This document shows positions 23,946 to 37,926 of a stretch of DNA of 64,000 nt, in pieces. The notes beneath the pieces were generated by a model. That model was not told the DNA's origin, did not search any database, and saw nothing but the letters and a program-made list of their open reading frames with translations. Source of the stretch: Lama guanicoe (lineage: Eukaryota). The position numbers were made by a program, and so were the translations under genes. The stretch's first letter is position 1, and each line of letters opens with the position of its first letter. Where the stretch lies: NCBI GenBank assembly GCA_013239625.1, contig MU053487.1:2749058-2813057 (forward strand), written 5' to 3'.

Positions 23946-26900
23946 TGTTAGATTGACAGCAGAGAATGTGATGTGTTCTCGACATAGGGCATCATAGTGA
24001 GGGGCCTGAGTGGGCAGTCAGGTAACCTTGGATGTGGTGGGAGCGGAGGAAGAAAAGGGGTGCTCTGCGGGGTGGGTCATCAATCACCCCACAAGTATTT
24101 GTTCAGAGGACCTTGGAGCCATGCAGAGTGAGCAGGGCTTCTGGACAGTCACTACACAAGGGAAGCCCAGGACTCTCTTGACAGTCACATCCTGCTGAAA
24201 ATTTGACCTTACTGAAGACCAGTTTTGAAGTTTATTTATATTTCACCCAGGACCTACAACATTCCTCTTACTATCTAAAAAGTGAAAAGTTCATCGCATT
24301 CAACATCCTGCCTGGCTTATGTTTGAGTCAGATGGGAAGAAAAAAAAAATCGGCACCGGGAGATGATTGCTCGTAAAAGTTTATTTTACGTTTATGTGAA
24401 GTTTATTTTCAGTGCTGGTATTCTTCAGAGGGTAGGTATTTCTTTTAAGACTGTTAATAGCATATTTCCTTTTCGTTTGCCACTCCCCACCAAAGTCAGC
24501 TCTCTCCCTGAGTTGTGAATCCTCTTCATGTCCTCAGCATGTTCTAACTTTAAAAATGGTTGGAGAAGCTGCAGGTTAAGTAAAGAGTAAAATCCTATTG
24601 CTTTTTGACCTCTGGGTTAGAACCAAGTGTGGTGTAATAAAATATCAATCCCAAGGGCCACCTTTGCTGGGTTTTCCCCTCTTATTCTTTCCTGTTATTC
24701 CATAGTCATCCAGATCTTGCAGCCAAGGATTGTTACGTTAAGATCCAATCTGAAATTAAAGCTCAGGGTTTTAACCAGTAAGCTATAAAGCCGTTGAACA
24801 CCCTCCCCTGCCCCGGGATGTGGTTACCTTTTCCTAAACTTCCTGAGTTGTCCCTTCTTGGTCTCAGAGTTGGTTTCTTGAAGCCTTTGGAAGGATCCCT
24901 GACGTTCCACGGCCATTTCCCATCTGAATGGGGACTGTTAGCTGTGCAGACCTCTTAAGGCCCCGGGCTTCTCAGCTGCATGCCTTCAGTGCACAGGGAG
25001 GGCTCCCCGGCGGCAGGGGGTCTCCACTCCCCCTGCACAGAGGCACCGGGTCTGAGGTCATGGTGGAGAGTTGGGTCCACGGCGGCATCAGGGCCCCAGT
25101 AGCATCAGAGCGACTTGGTCCAGACCTACAGAGAGCCTTCTGGAGCTGGAACACATCTTCTGAACCTTCTAGAGGACCTTGCCCTGGACTTGCCTTCAAG
25201 GGTCTTTTTGCACAGGGAATATTTCCCTGGATTCAGCTCCCCTGAAGGGACCCTTGAGTCAAGGCTAATGGAGAGGGAGGCAGGGGCAGCTGGACACACT
25301 TGCCTTTGGACTCTTGGTGATAAAAGGACGTCCATGAGTGAGGCTCTTTCTGGTGAGGAAGCTGAAGCAGCCACGGGCTGCTGTCACCCCAACCAGAGAC
25401 CCACACCCTGTGCCACTGGTGTGGCTCACCCACTCCATTCCTGTTTGTCAGTAGCAGTTTCTAGAATGTCCTGCTTGTAGGTGTAGAGGTGGCTCAGAGC
25501 AGTGTGAGGAGAATAGCTGACTGCCAGCCTTCAGCAGATAGGTGTTTAACCACGTGGTCTACCAGACCCACACCTGCTAGTATGTTTAGTTTGACTTTAT
25601 CCGTCGTCTCCTATTTAAGGGAAACTGACAAATAGTGAGAGTCACAGAAATAGCACTGATGGTGATGGCAAGCAATGACTGAGGGCTTGCTCCCCCCGAG
25701 CACTTGCTGGAAGCTCTCTTCCCAGTTGTCTGTGGGTCCTCCCCACAGCCCTGTGACGGACGTGCTGTCATCGTCCCCTTTTACTCCTAAAGAACTGGGG
25801 CTCAGACAGGAGAGCGACTTTGCCTAAGCTCTTAGGACCTGAAAGCAGTGAGGAGGCCCCAAGCCCAATTCGTTTGACCCCAGAGCCTGTCCTCCTACCC
25901 TGGGGGCCGGGCTGTTTTGCTGACTATCCAGGACCATCCCAGCCCTGGTGACAAAGCACTGCTGCAGAAAAGCTCTCTGTGGACCATCCCGCCCCTTCCG
26001 TGTCTGCTCGCCAAAGTGGAGCTGTCTGCAAAGTGCTTTGAGCATTGTAGAAACAAGTTATTAATATCTAAGGGATTTTAAAATTTTATTTTTTTATTCC
26101 AATGAAAGTTCAAGGTTTCCGTAATTAAGTTGGTGGACGAGAGGAAAAGGTGCTTGTTTTTAAATCTGAAAATCTGTCTCAAGAAACAAAACCCGGATTC
26201 CAGTAAAAGGACCCTTTTGGAACCAGTGTTTCTCAGAAGAAGAGATAAAAGGGTCAGCTGTCCCCCTAGGGAAGGCTCACTGCCTGCAGCCCAGAGCCAG
26301 TGGACCCTCATGTGGCTTTAATTCTGTTGTTGGCCGAGCTTCAGGGCCTGCAAACAAGCTACACCCTTGTCTCCAGGACCTCTCCTCTAGGGGCACAAGA
26401 TGTGACAGAGCCCTTCAGTGGCCGGTCACCCAAGGCTGGGGAAGCAGAGGGGAGAAAAGGATGCATTTGGCTTTGATCTGGGGCAGCCTCTTAATGTCTC
26501 TTAATCAGAATGCTCTAAACCGTCCTGCTCTGCGCTTCCTAGGAATGGGGATTCTTGACTGTGTTTTCCTTTAACAAGGGAAAGCAGGCGGCTGATGGAA
26601 GTTACACCGACGTGTTGAGATCTCCATCTGGATGTGAGCAATTTCATTTCAGCATGAGGGAGGGGTCAGAAGAAGTTAGTTCCACTCAGGTCATTTTCCA
26701 TCAAAAGTCCTGCTGGAGAAGTTGAGGCGGGAGGAGGGGGAGGGGGAAGACTTCATGGGACGTGGCAGGAGCGCCCATGGGAGCTGAGCATGTGGGCCCC
26801 AACCACAGTACCTGCTCTGAAAAAAAGTGAAGCAGAAATTACATAATCAAGCCAGCTCAGGAACCCAGGGACAGACGGGATGCCCTAGGGTCCAGGTGAC

Positions 26901-28752
26901 AGAGACTGACCCCTGCCCCTCAGGACCACATCCCAGGGGCAGTCGGCCCTGAGCACTGCTCCACTGACACAGTGCAGCAGGGCAGAGCAGAGGGGTGCGG
27001 CCACGTACTTCCCGTGCTACCCCCGCCTGCGGACAGGGTGAGCACTCCCACGCCCTGTGGGTGCACGTGGCTGAGCGCCTCAGCCTCACTGCCCTTGCTT
27101 CTCGTTTCTACCTTGGGTAGGGGTGCTGGAGCCTTGGTTCATTCTTTCAGTTGTCTCAAGTGCGAAAGGAATCCTAGCTGGACATTGAGTGACTGTACTC
27201 ATAAAAACCAAACGATGGCTTAGGCCTCATCTGAGCTGAGGGGTGTTCCTGCCCTCCCGCCGGGCACTGGGAGAGCAGCAGATCTTTCTGTGGCCTTCAG
27301 AGGCCAAGGGCGGACTTGGGCTCCCCAGAGACCCATAAAATGTGACTGCACAAAGCCCAGGACCCGCAGTGGAACCAACTATTTCTGCCCCGAGCATATC
27401 ATCCAAACGGGTTTTTCCAGCCCTGTCTGCCTTTCGTTTCTAATGTATCCTTAAAAGGCATAAAATAAGTGGCACGGAAAAGTCCTTTCCAGCCTTTTAA
27501 ATTCTGAAATAACTGGCCTTTTCCCCTCTCCTGTCCACTGGAAACTTCTCCTGAATTATCTGCTTCAGTTCTCTTTTTAATTAGGTTGTAATTCAAGAGG
27601 AATAATTAATAAAAGCGTCCATTTCCACATCGACTGTGCAGCTTTGAAGCTTCTTCCGGTGAAGTGATGGCTAAGTGAACAGAACGTGTGAGATCTGAGG
27701 AGATCTGTGGAAACACAGACACGTTTCCATGCAGTCACGAATGTCACTCGGAATATAAATAGGGCCCTAAACGATTCTCATATTGGTCTTTCTTCCCGAA
27801 GGCCTTGCTTCAGGATTACCTTGTGCTTTCGCCTTCGTGTTGTATTGGAAACATCTGGGATTCTTTTTCGCTCGATCGTTATTTACTTTTTAAAACAAAT
27901 GTAGTTGTAAAGAATTCTTGCTATTTAATCTCAAGCCCAAACATGGCTTTTAGTGAGGAAAAGATATTTAATAAAGTTTGTTATTTTTAGTTCCAGAAAA
28001 AAAATTTGAGGCGGGGAGAATGGGATGCATCTAAAAGGTGGAAGAAATGTTCAGTGGGCGGGGTGCTCCGACTCCTGTTCCTTTTACTCTTTAAAAACTT
28101 GTGTTTCCTGTGGTGGGGGGAGTGTCTGATTTTGGAACTTTTATGTGTATTGCTTGGTGTTGCTGAATTTCTGTTCATTGCTGGGAAATTTTGGTTGAGC
28201 TGATTTCGTAAGGATTTATGTGTCTTAAGAGCTGGCGTGGGGCAGGGGTGGGGAACCTTACCTCCTGCGGAAGGGCCTGCGTCCTTGGAGAAATGTGAGA
28301 TGATCTGCTCCTGTTTGGTGGAACATGTAAAGACAGGTCTACTTCCGGATGGCTTTTCAGAGACGATGGAAGCAGCCCCCTCTCCAGTCTTGGCTTGGCG
28401 CGCTCTTAGGGAGAGCCTCCTTACCACCTGCCCGGCCTTCCCCAAAGTGGTCCCTCGACCTCCTTGTTCACTTGTATCTGCCAGTGCAGACAGGAGAGAC
28501 TGGTCTCATAGACTCTAGCCCACCGCTCTGATTTGGATTTAGATGGAATCAGAAATTTTGTTCGGCGTCCTTTTGTCTTTAAAAAAAAAAAAAGAGTTGA
28601 TAATGTATAACCTCAAGCATATTTCTTCAGATACGTCCCCACCTGTTTCTGTGTCCAGGTCCCTGAGGGCTGCAGGGAAAAGCCTCATCATGGTGGGAGG
28701 GGAAAGGGCAGTAAGAAGGAAGACCCTAGGATGTTTTATCCTTGCTGCTCTT

Positions 28753-28874
28753 TTTTTTCCAATTGGGTTTGTTTGTTGATTTAAATGATGGTGCTGGGGC
28801 TTGAACCCAGGACCTCATGGATGCTAAGCATGTGCTCCACCACTGAGCTCTGCCCTCCCTCCACCCACTCCCCA
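28753..28874 (-). mobile_element. Second Vic-1-type tRNA-Ala-derived SINE
   Basis: ggtgctggggcttgaacccaggacctcatggatgctaagcatgtgctccaccactgagct is the reverse complement of the SINE head; perfect 9-bp TSD gctgctctt (28744-28752 / 28875-28883). Confidence 0.9.
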
Positions 28875-29209
28875 GCTGCTCTTGAGGTTGAGGTTCCATC
28901 TTGTGTAGCCATGTACCCATCACCTGGCGCTGAGGAGGGGGAGCAAACAGAGACAGTGGGAGGAAGACGAAGGCCATTTTGGGTGGTTTGTAACTAATGA
29001 GCAGACGCAAGATCCTGTTAAGAGCAGCAGATTTGTCCTTGCCCATTGACTCTCATCCCATCCCTCTGAAGAGCCATTCCAAGACCCTGTCCTCTGGTAT
29101 CTGGGCAGTGCCCTCCCCAGCAGCCCCCGTGCCCCAGAGAAGCACCCTTGTCAGCCTGTCCATCTCTGGATTTCTCTCCTGGTGCTGCCTTTAGGGCAAG
29201 CCAGAATGC

Positions 29210-29560
29210 ACACCACAGAAAATCCAAAGACATTCAGGACTGGTATGGTGGCTTCATGGTCCTCAGGGATCCAGAATCCTATCTTTCTGTCCCACCATCC
29301 TCATACCATGGCTTCCAGCCTCAGGGCTGCCTTACTGCCCAGGATGCCTGATGGAGCTCCAGCCATCACACCCACATTCCAGATGGGAGATGGGAGGAAG
29401 ACAGAAGAGTACATAGGAGTGTATGTCTCAGCTACATTGTCTTTCTTTATGGAGCTTTCCTGGAGGGCTCACATGATGCTTTCTGCTTGCATCCTGTGAC
29501 CACCTCTTCCTCCAACGGAGATTGGAAAACGTTGCCCTGTGGCTGGGTACGTTGCCCAGA
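29210..29560 (-). mobile_element. MLT1J-like MaLR LTR fragment
   Basis: ggactggtatggtggcttcatg..cagggatccag..ccaccatcct..agctccagccatcacacccacattccag. Confidence 0.65.
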
Positions 29561-30789
29561 GATGTTTCACGTCTCTCCCGTGGTCCAGCTTACGTGAAGT
29601 ACCTCATATGTGGACCTCAGCACATTTGGCCAAGTATTCTCACCACGTATGTAATATCTAACTCTCCTGTCAGACCTTCAGCAGTTTGGAAGCCCTGAGC
29701 TTATCCCTTTCCTCCTAGTACCACTTCGAGGTCCCAACCCAGGGGCATCCGTGGTGAGTCCTCAGCCCCGTCTTTGTTGAACTGAATCAAATTCAGCCTC
29801 TCCTCCTCCCAACCCCTCTCCCTATGGATCTGCAGTTATAAATGATTTCTTGTCAAGCATTTTTTAAAAATTAACTTCTTCCCAGAGGGCTTTTACATAA
29901 TTTTCAGTTTAGGATGTGATTATGATAAAGGTGCTAAGAATTATTAATAAAATTGGGAAAATCTAGGTCATGAAGTTTGGCAGTATTGGTAAACACGTGG
30001 TTATACTGTCTGAGTCCAGATGTTAGACAAGAGAGAAGTGTTTCACCAAGAGTCGGTTTAGTAGGATGTCAGGGAGAGATCTTTTTGAGAAATGCTCCCT
30101 TTGACTCTCTTTTTTGAGTTTGAACTTACAAACACAGGAAGATCAGAGTTTGCTGAGGAGCGTTGTGTCAGTGCTTCATCTTCGTGAAAGGTCAGGGAAT
30201 CCAGAAAACCTACTTATATAAATTTATGTTCCACCGCATTAAAAAAAAAACAAAAGCGGATGGGAAAAATCAGAATGATAGGAAGGAAGGGCTTTCCCTT
30301 TTGCTCTAGGAGGGAAGGAAACTCTGACTGAACCGGACATCTCAGCTGGAAAGTGTCTTTGGTGAGCCTTTGCCACGTGACCGGCTGATTCACTTTGTCT
30401 GCTCGGTCTCCCTGGAGAGGTGATGTAAGCAGGGACTGAAACTTCTAGGGAGAGGAGGAAGGTCGGTACTGGCCCAACCCTCTGGCACTGGAAACTTACC
30501 AGAGCTCCAGCCCAAAGCAGATGGAGGTTTGCAGCTACGTTTTGTAATTCTGTATCAGATGTTGGTCAGAGCATCTGTTGTTTCCTCGCCCTCATTTCCC
30601 TTCTCTTCTTCGCTTCTCTTTCTCCCTCTTTCCTTTTCCTTTTTTTTTTTTCCACTTGTGCTCCTATGTACAGCCATTCTGCTCTCCCCAGATCAGCTCA
30701 GATCTGATGTTCAAAAATACGTGAACAAGGAGCCGTGGTCTGTCTGCCACATTTCTGGTTTTAAATCTGGCCAATCTGCACTGAGAGGC

Positions 30790-31350
30790 CGAGTAGAAAG
30801 AGCCCGAACTCTGGCGTCTGTGAGACTCAGGTGTCAATTCTAGCTCCACCATTGGTGGCTGGAGACTCAGGGCAGGTTACACCACTTCCCCGAATCTCCC
30901 AAATCTCATCTGTACACTGAGGTTAATTCCTGCTTCAAAGGGTCATTGGGAGGATTGAACAAAATAGGAAGAAAGGCCCAGAGAGGTAGACAAAGACCAG
31001 AGTGTGTTGGGCCGTGTGAGCCATCTGGTGAGGTGGGATTTTGTCTAAGTGCTCCCAGGAAGCCAGGCAGTGGCAGGATGTGATAGATGCTTTCAGAAAG
31101 CCTCTCTGGCTCTGTGGAGGAAGCCAATTGAGGTGGGGGAAAATGAGAGTGGAAGCAGACAGCCCAGCTGGAAGATGAGAGCCGTGAAGTGGGGCTGGAG
31201 CAGTGCAAGCACTGTGGGGCCAACTGGAGACAGATGGGGCCAGAGGCTGAGACCTTTTGGAGATAAAGACAGTAGAAGTAGCTAAAGTCGTAGATGTGGA
31301 AAAGGGAGGGAGAGAGAATGGGCAAGCAGGAATTCTAGGTGTGCGGATGG
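30790..31350. mobile_element. MIR (+, ~30790-30965) followed by an L2 fragment (-, ~30995-31350)
   Basis: caattctagctccacca..gggcaggttac..tctcatctgta; then ggattttgtctaagtg..ggaagcca..ctctctggctctgtggagg. Confidence 0.6.
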
Positions 31351-34300
31351 TGGTGCCAGTCCTGGAGCCTGGCAGAGGCTGTGCACGTGGACCACAGCTG
31401 CAAAGCAGTCCCACGAGCAGCTGGAGGGAAGATGGGTGCGTGTTGCTGCTCATGTTGGACGCTGATACTGTGTGGCAGGCCCAGGTCCAGGTCTGCTTTT
31501 GTGGTGAAGCTTGTGTGCTCCACCATCCACCTGTCTACATGGCAGCTTCTAGAACCAAGTTGGGCCGTGTTGAGCAAGGCCTGGGAAGTGGCACAGTCTC
31601 CTGAGAGCGTTAGGGACCCCGGAGAGTCAGCCCAGTACCACCTTAGACGACATTGATCCCCTCGGGGCGGCTGTCAGCTGGAACAGAGAGTTGGGACAAA
31701 GTGCAAGGTCACCTGGAGCTGGACGCGGGATGGACTTTGGAGTCTGAGCAGTGTTCTTAAATCTGGGCACTGTGGTGGCCTGACCATTACGGGCGGGTCA
31801 GCATTCCATCCCCAGGGGTTCTACCTGGGTGGGTCTCAGGGTGGAGGTGGGGTCCCCTGGAAATCTGGGTTTTGAAGCGCTGTCAGAGACATTGTCCTGG
31901 GGTGGGGGGGGTTTCCATGTGACTCCTGCTCAGGTTCTTTTCTTTCTACTCTTTTTTTTTTTTCCGTTGAAGGAACTCAGTTTGGTGGCAGTAATTTCCT
32001 CTTCCTGTTCATAATTCACACTCTAGGGGCAACGAGGGGCAGGCCGCCTCCCCTCCGAGGAAGGAGAAACCACCCACGTGTTTTCTGAGTCTCTTCCTAA
32101 AATAATGACAATAGCGGCAAACAAACACGCAACTAGGATGCCTGTGTGTGTGAAACTGATGGTCACGAGCTGGAGCCCAGATAAACGCCTTTGGCAAGCC
32201 TGGACAGAATATTTCAGAGGGAAAAAGAGCAGAATTTATAGGGTCTAAAAATAGCAGCCCAAGTGCAACTGTGTTTAACTTGCCGGGAACCTGCTGAATC
32301 GAGACAGGCGGGGGATTTTATTCCTCAGGCCCTGAGGTCACTTGTCTTGTTTAAGAAGGGGCCGCAAACATTTCCAAATAGGGGCTGATTTGGAAGGGGT
32401 GGAAGATGGCTGAGTGAGATGGTGTTCCTCGTTTCCTCCTCCTGCTCTTCCTACCTCCTTCATCCCTCAATCTTCCTCTTAAGACGAGGAAGAAGTGACT
32501 GGTTTTCTCAGCAGAGGAATTGGGGGCCGCCTGGGTGGCAGGGTTTCCGATGGCTTGGCGCTGAGGCTTGTTGATGGCATTTTTGGTGACGGCCGGTCTG
32601 AACAGGGGTGGTGGCGGTCTGGTGGTTTGGTCTTTGTGGGTTTCACACGACCCCACTCAGTTGAGGAAATCAACCCTTAGTCAAAGAAAGAATGGTGTGA
32701 CTTCTCCAAGGCCAAGTGGCCAATTTCCGAACCTTCCATGTCCCATTTCTGGGCAAGGGTGGTGTCTTCGTCCTGCTCCACGACCCACAGAAGAGGGATC
32801 TGCCCCACCCCTGGCCGAGGCAATCCTCAGACTTCATCCTTAACAACATTATGGTGGGTCAGCATCCCCAAACTTGTCAACCAATGGGACTTCACACTCC
32901 TTACCCTTCAACATTTATTGAAACCTTGGCTAACGTTAGTGACGTTGATGGTGGAGGCCCCAAAGGCTATGCCGTCCATCTGTTTCTAGGCCAGGCATTG
33001 AAAACTGGTGGCCTGCAGGCTGGACCTTGCTCAGTCATGCCTTGCACTGTGTTGACCTGTGCAACTGTCAGTATTTAAAAGTGGGATATTTTGTTTACAG
33101 AGCTTGATTTTTGGGTTCTGCTCTCGTGGAGGGCTCTTTGCTTCGACTTCCTCCACAAAGAGTGGTGCCCCCAGCCTGCTGTGTGTAGACCCCCGTCCTC
33201 CCAAAGGGAGCTCTCCTATGGGGAGCATGGAGAGAATTTGATCATAAGTTGTATGTTGAGCATCTAGAAAACATCCACATCCACACGTGCACGGTATGTG
33301 CACTGAGCATTAGCTCTTTTTGTTGTTTTTACTGTAATCGTCACTGTGGTGTTCGTGTTTTCTGTGAGGGTTCTGTTGAAGCCATTGTTCACTGTGTAAT
33401 CCAGGGTCTTATGGGGCCCCGGGGGGACCATGTGCATCAAGTCTCAGTTCCAGGAAATAGTTGTCTTGCTTCTGGGTTACTGGCTCATCTATACCTTATT
33501 GATGCCATGAATTTGGTTTCTGTTTTTACCCTAGCTGCTGGGAAGCTCAGAGGCAACTTTGCAGCTCATTTCTAGCAGGAGGTAATGGCTTTATGGTATG
33601 CGTTTGGTCTCATGTGCCATCACTTCTCGCTGCTCTGATTTTCTCACTGGCTTATTTTATTGAGGGCGTTCTTATAAGCATCCTTAAGTCCTGTTTGGAA
33701 CGAGGCTAGGTGTAAATTAACACAACAGCAAAGTGCTGTTGCTTTACCGTGGGGGGCTTCCTTTTAAACCTGTCCGCTCTCTTGTAAATAATCCCTTCAG
33801 TGTACTCATCCTCCCTGTTTACAAGAGCCATCTGCCCCTGGCAAGGACCCTCATGGATACATTAGGTGCTCAGTAAGTGCATGGATGAATATCAGAGCTC
33901 CTTGTCTTTTGTGCCCGCTGGCCTTTACACTGGTCATTTCTAATGCTTCAAAATTCCATGGGATCTCAGATCAGGAAGCCCTTCGTCCCTCCCCATTACT
34001 TGTCCAACCACCATTGCCTCTCACAAGAACCTGGCAGTGTAAATTCCTCAGAGTCCAGGTAGATAAGGTTTTACTTTTTTCTCTGAGGTTTTCATCGTGC
34101 CCTTTGGAATAATTAGGGATTCTTTCAAGAACAACGTTTTCTCCCTGGGGGATTTATTTCCCAGATGTGATATATGCCCTGTCACGTTCCAAAAAGGGAA
34201 TGTCAGGAGTGTTTGTGGCTGTAAAGACATCTCAGTGTAAGGAAACTGTATATGTATGTGATCCCACCAGGAATGATCACCTTAGTTAATCCGGGGAGGG

Positions 34301-34424
34301 GTGAGTAACACCACTGTGCCTGACTCAGTAGAGCAATGCATTTGGTTTTTCTAAGCAGGAAGAAAAGGGCTCCAAATTTCAATCTCCCAAATGAGTTTAA
34401 GAACCATTGGCATATTTCCCACAC

Positions 34425-34700
34425 TTCCCTGGTCAAAATAATGTTTTGTTAAAAATTCAGATTCCCAGTGATTCAGATTCACTGGGTCTGGACCTAGGAG
34501 TCTGTTTTCAACATGCATCCCCAGACGAGTCATTTTCATCAAGTGTGGGATACGTGGGGCTCCGGATAATGACTCTCGCACATTTGAGTCTGTTGACTAA
34601 GGAGATATGCGATGATGACAGTAATGGTAGCACATGAGACGACGTAACGTTTCGAAAGCCTGGTACCGTTTGCCAAGATTTGACGTATTTCGTCTCATTA
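34425..34700. mobile_element. MER5-like fragment joined to a MIR fragment
   Basis: ttgttaaaaattcagattcccag..gattcactgggtctgg..tctgttttcaaca; then ttttcatcaagtg..gataat..ctggtac. Confidence 0.5.
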
Positions 34701-37659
34701 AATCGCATTGGCTCCTTTAGGACTTGTTCTTGTCTGGTAGAGCCTGTGCCAGCATTATTTTACCAGAGCTGAATGGAAAGAATGGTACCAGCAGGTTTTT
34801 GTAAAATACCCTAATTAATACCAGAAGTAAAGATACAGCAATTGTCATGTTACACACATGAAAGTTACAGGCCAACAGCCTTGAGCCCGCCCTTTGAGAA
34901 CCACTGCATGATGTCATGGTAAGAGTTTTTCAACCTCACCCCACGCCTGGATTGTGCAATAGGCGTTTCGAGGAAGCTCTGCGGAGGGTTTCCTTACAGA
35001 CAGACATCTCTAGGCAACTGCCTGCTCTCTGGAGAGGAGCACAGATGTTCCCTCCTAAAAAGGACATGCTGGGCTGTTTCTTTCTTGCCGGTGAGGAAGC
35101 TTCGCTTTTGGAACGCTATTTCCAGTTTCTGTAGGAGTTCTGCAGGAAGCCATGCCTAGAAAACCTAGAATTACTCTGACACCAGATGACTTTGCAGCCT
35201 CCGATATCAAATGCATTGTAATTTTGCTCTGAGATTTGTGAGGGGGAGGGTGATTCAAAATTAATTAACACATTTGGGAAACCATTCTGTTACTCATTTT
35301 AACCAGAGATCCTGTGCTGCCCGTTAACTTACATCTCTAAGGAAGTTATGGCTTCTGTGGCCTACTGAGGAACAAAATGTCTGGGCTGGCCAAGCTGAGT
35401 TCTCTGAGGTGGTTGACTGTTCCATTTTTCTGTTGCTTCCACACGTGTGGTTGGTAACATTTCGTTCCCCACTTCTTTGGCGTCCCCATCCACACCCTTT
35501 GTTCTGCCTTTTGCAATATCCAGGACAGTGCAGAATGAAGAATACAAGTCCCAGGGCTTTGGAGGGCAGGGAAGCTGTGGTTCCCGTGTGTTTAGTGTTG
35601 GCACGTTTCCCTCAGCCGTGGTGAAGCCTTGGATTAAAGCTGATTGATCCGCATGAAGCATCTATTGCATTGTGTATCTGGGAAACTAGTGTGACTTCTG
35701 TTTTCTCATTCTCCATTAAAATAGCAGATTGAGATTTGAGCTTCATTAATTGGACCACCCATTGTGGTATTAAAAACGATGTCCATGTCCAAGGGCAGAG
35801 ATTAAGCCATGGGGAGTATTGAGACCCCTGGGCCATGAACCCCCAAACATCCATCTTCCAGAGCTGAGCTTGTGACTGTTTGCACGTGACCTTAAGCACA
35901 TGCTTTAGGAGAATACATTTAAGCCCAAGTCCTAGTAGCTACAGTGATGAATTCCAAGCTTTTTGTTATTGTTTTTCTTCCTAAAGACAAAAGGAGTTTT
36001 ATGCCCTGGTATTTGAGGTTCAGTTCAAGGGCAGTGTTGGGTGAATCATTGTTGGATGGGAAGTTTTGTGAGTGCTGAGTAGTTTGTCATATCCTTTAAA
36101 GACTCCAACCAAGAATCAAGTCCCCTGTCCATCCATCTGTCCATCCATCTACCTGTCCGGTCTTGGCCACATTTACTAATTCCTGCAAGGTGCCTGGCAC
36201 CGTGTTTATGTGCTAGGGTTGCAGGGATGAAGCACGGTAATAACTATCATTTATTGAGAACGTGGCTATTGTCAGGCAGTTTCCAGTGTTCAAAGCATCT
36301 TTGAACATTGTGAGGTAAGAGTTATACCCTCCGTGAGAGAAGAGAAGCTAATGCCTTTACCCCAGTCACTCGGACAGTCAGGGTAGAGCAGGCCTGAGGC
36401 ATCCTCGTGACATCAGGACCTGAGTGACATTTCCCCTTTTTTTTTTTGACATTGAACAGACTCTTCTTTCTGCCTGGGCCCAGACCCATGCTGGGTTGGA
36501 GTGTAGAGTGAATGTTCTGTGGCTGGGTCAGAGCTGGAACAGTCCCTCACACGTCTTCTCTTCTTGGGGTGTCTTCCTGCTGTCAGTGAAACAGGGAGAG
36601 GGATGTTCCCAGACAGAAGCCCCGTGAGGCCCATCGACTCTTTTCTCTGCTTTCCTTTATGATCTCTTAGAAACCTGGGGTTCTGTCCAGACTCACCCTC
36701 TTGTTTGAGGTTGTGGGAGTACAAAAGCACAAATCAAAGTCCACTTGGTGAATGTCTAAATATGGAAAAGTTACCAAGCAAGATAGCTGTTAAGGAAACT
36801 CTGTTCTGCCCTCCTACACCTTCCTGACAACTTGGAAGACCAGGATCCAATACGGATTGCTCAGGCTCTTTGGAATTCAGCACAGACATTGACTGCTTAG
36901 GGAGAGATGGCTCCCAGCCCATCGGCCCACTTCTTTTTCCGTCTGGCTCCACCCCACGTCGTAATGGGCCTCCTGTTTGGGACCCCTCAGTCATCAGACA
37001 GTCATGCGTGTGTATGGATGCACATCCAAGCTTCCCACCCACTCCACACACAAGGTCGCCTTTGGGCCCAGAGGTCCACTCACTAGGGGTGCAGTTTGCA
37101 ACTGAGGGCATAGACCCTGGAGAAGAGCCCACGTAGACCCTGAAAGTAGACCCAGGACTGTTTGGGCGAGAAGTCCTGGGCCCCTGGGCCCCCAGAGCAT
37201 GTCTGAGAGGGGAGGGTGTGGGCTCTGCCCTCGGCCTCACAGCCCTGTTGTCTTTGAGGCTGAAGTGTGGCTAGAGGAGGGTTCTCTTGAATGTGGGGCT
37301 CAAGGCAAGGGTTGTTCTTTGCCCAGCTGATACCAGGGGATATCAGTTCTGCAAAGACAGGATGGGAGGGACTGTGGAGGTCACAGGACCCACTCCTGTC
37401 ATTGTATACAAGATGAGCCCAGCTGGTAATCTCAGAGCTGGGGCTGGAGCCCTGGCTCCCCAGGTCCCCAGCTGGTGCTCTGTTCTCATCTTGCAAAGTG
37501 AGGCTGCTCTTTGTACTTCGGGAGGCTGAGATTTTCCAGGCGTTGTTCCAGGGTGTTGCGGAGTGTAAGGACCTGTGACCAGGCCTGCGGGGGTGACCAG
37601 CTTATGTGGGCTCTCCTGCAGAGATGTGGTCGCAGAACGGCTTACACAAGGCTGTGAGC

Positions 37660-37870
37660 TTCAAGAGTAGTCTACTGGGGTGCTTATCTCAGCAGCGGCA
37701 CTGACCAGCTGTGTGGTTTCTCTGAAACTCCTAGAGCCTCAGTTTCCTTATCTGGAGAATGAAATCTGGTGGTAGAGCAGTGTGGGTGGAAAATGAAAAG
37801 CTTGTAGAAATCTTCTCACAGAACGTAGTTTTGCCCAAGTGAGCACTCGTGAATTGCAGCTGTAGTATGG
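37660..37870 (+). mobile_element. MIR SINE
   Basis: cactgaccagctgtgtg..gagcctcagtttccttatctg. Confidence 0.65.
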
Positions 37871-37926
37871 CAGCCATTACTGTAAGTGGTCTCTAGGCAA
37901 CCTGGGTTCCATTGAGACCAGGCAGC

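Noticed and set aside
32568..33078. Protein-looking ORFs (e.g. FRTFHVPFLGKGG...)
   Set aside because: No family recognised and no convincing acceptor/donor pair
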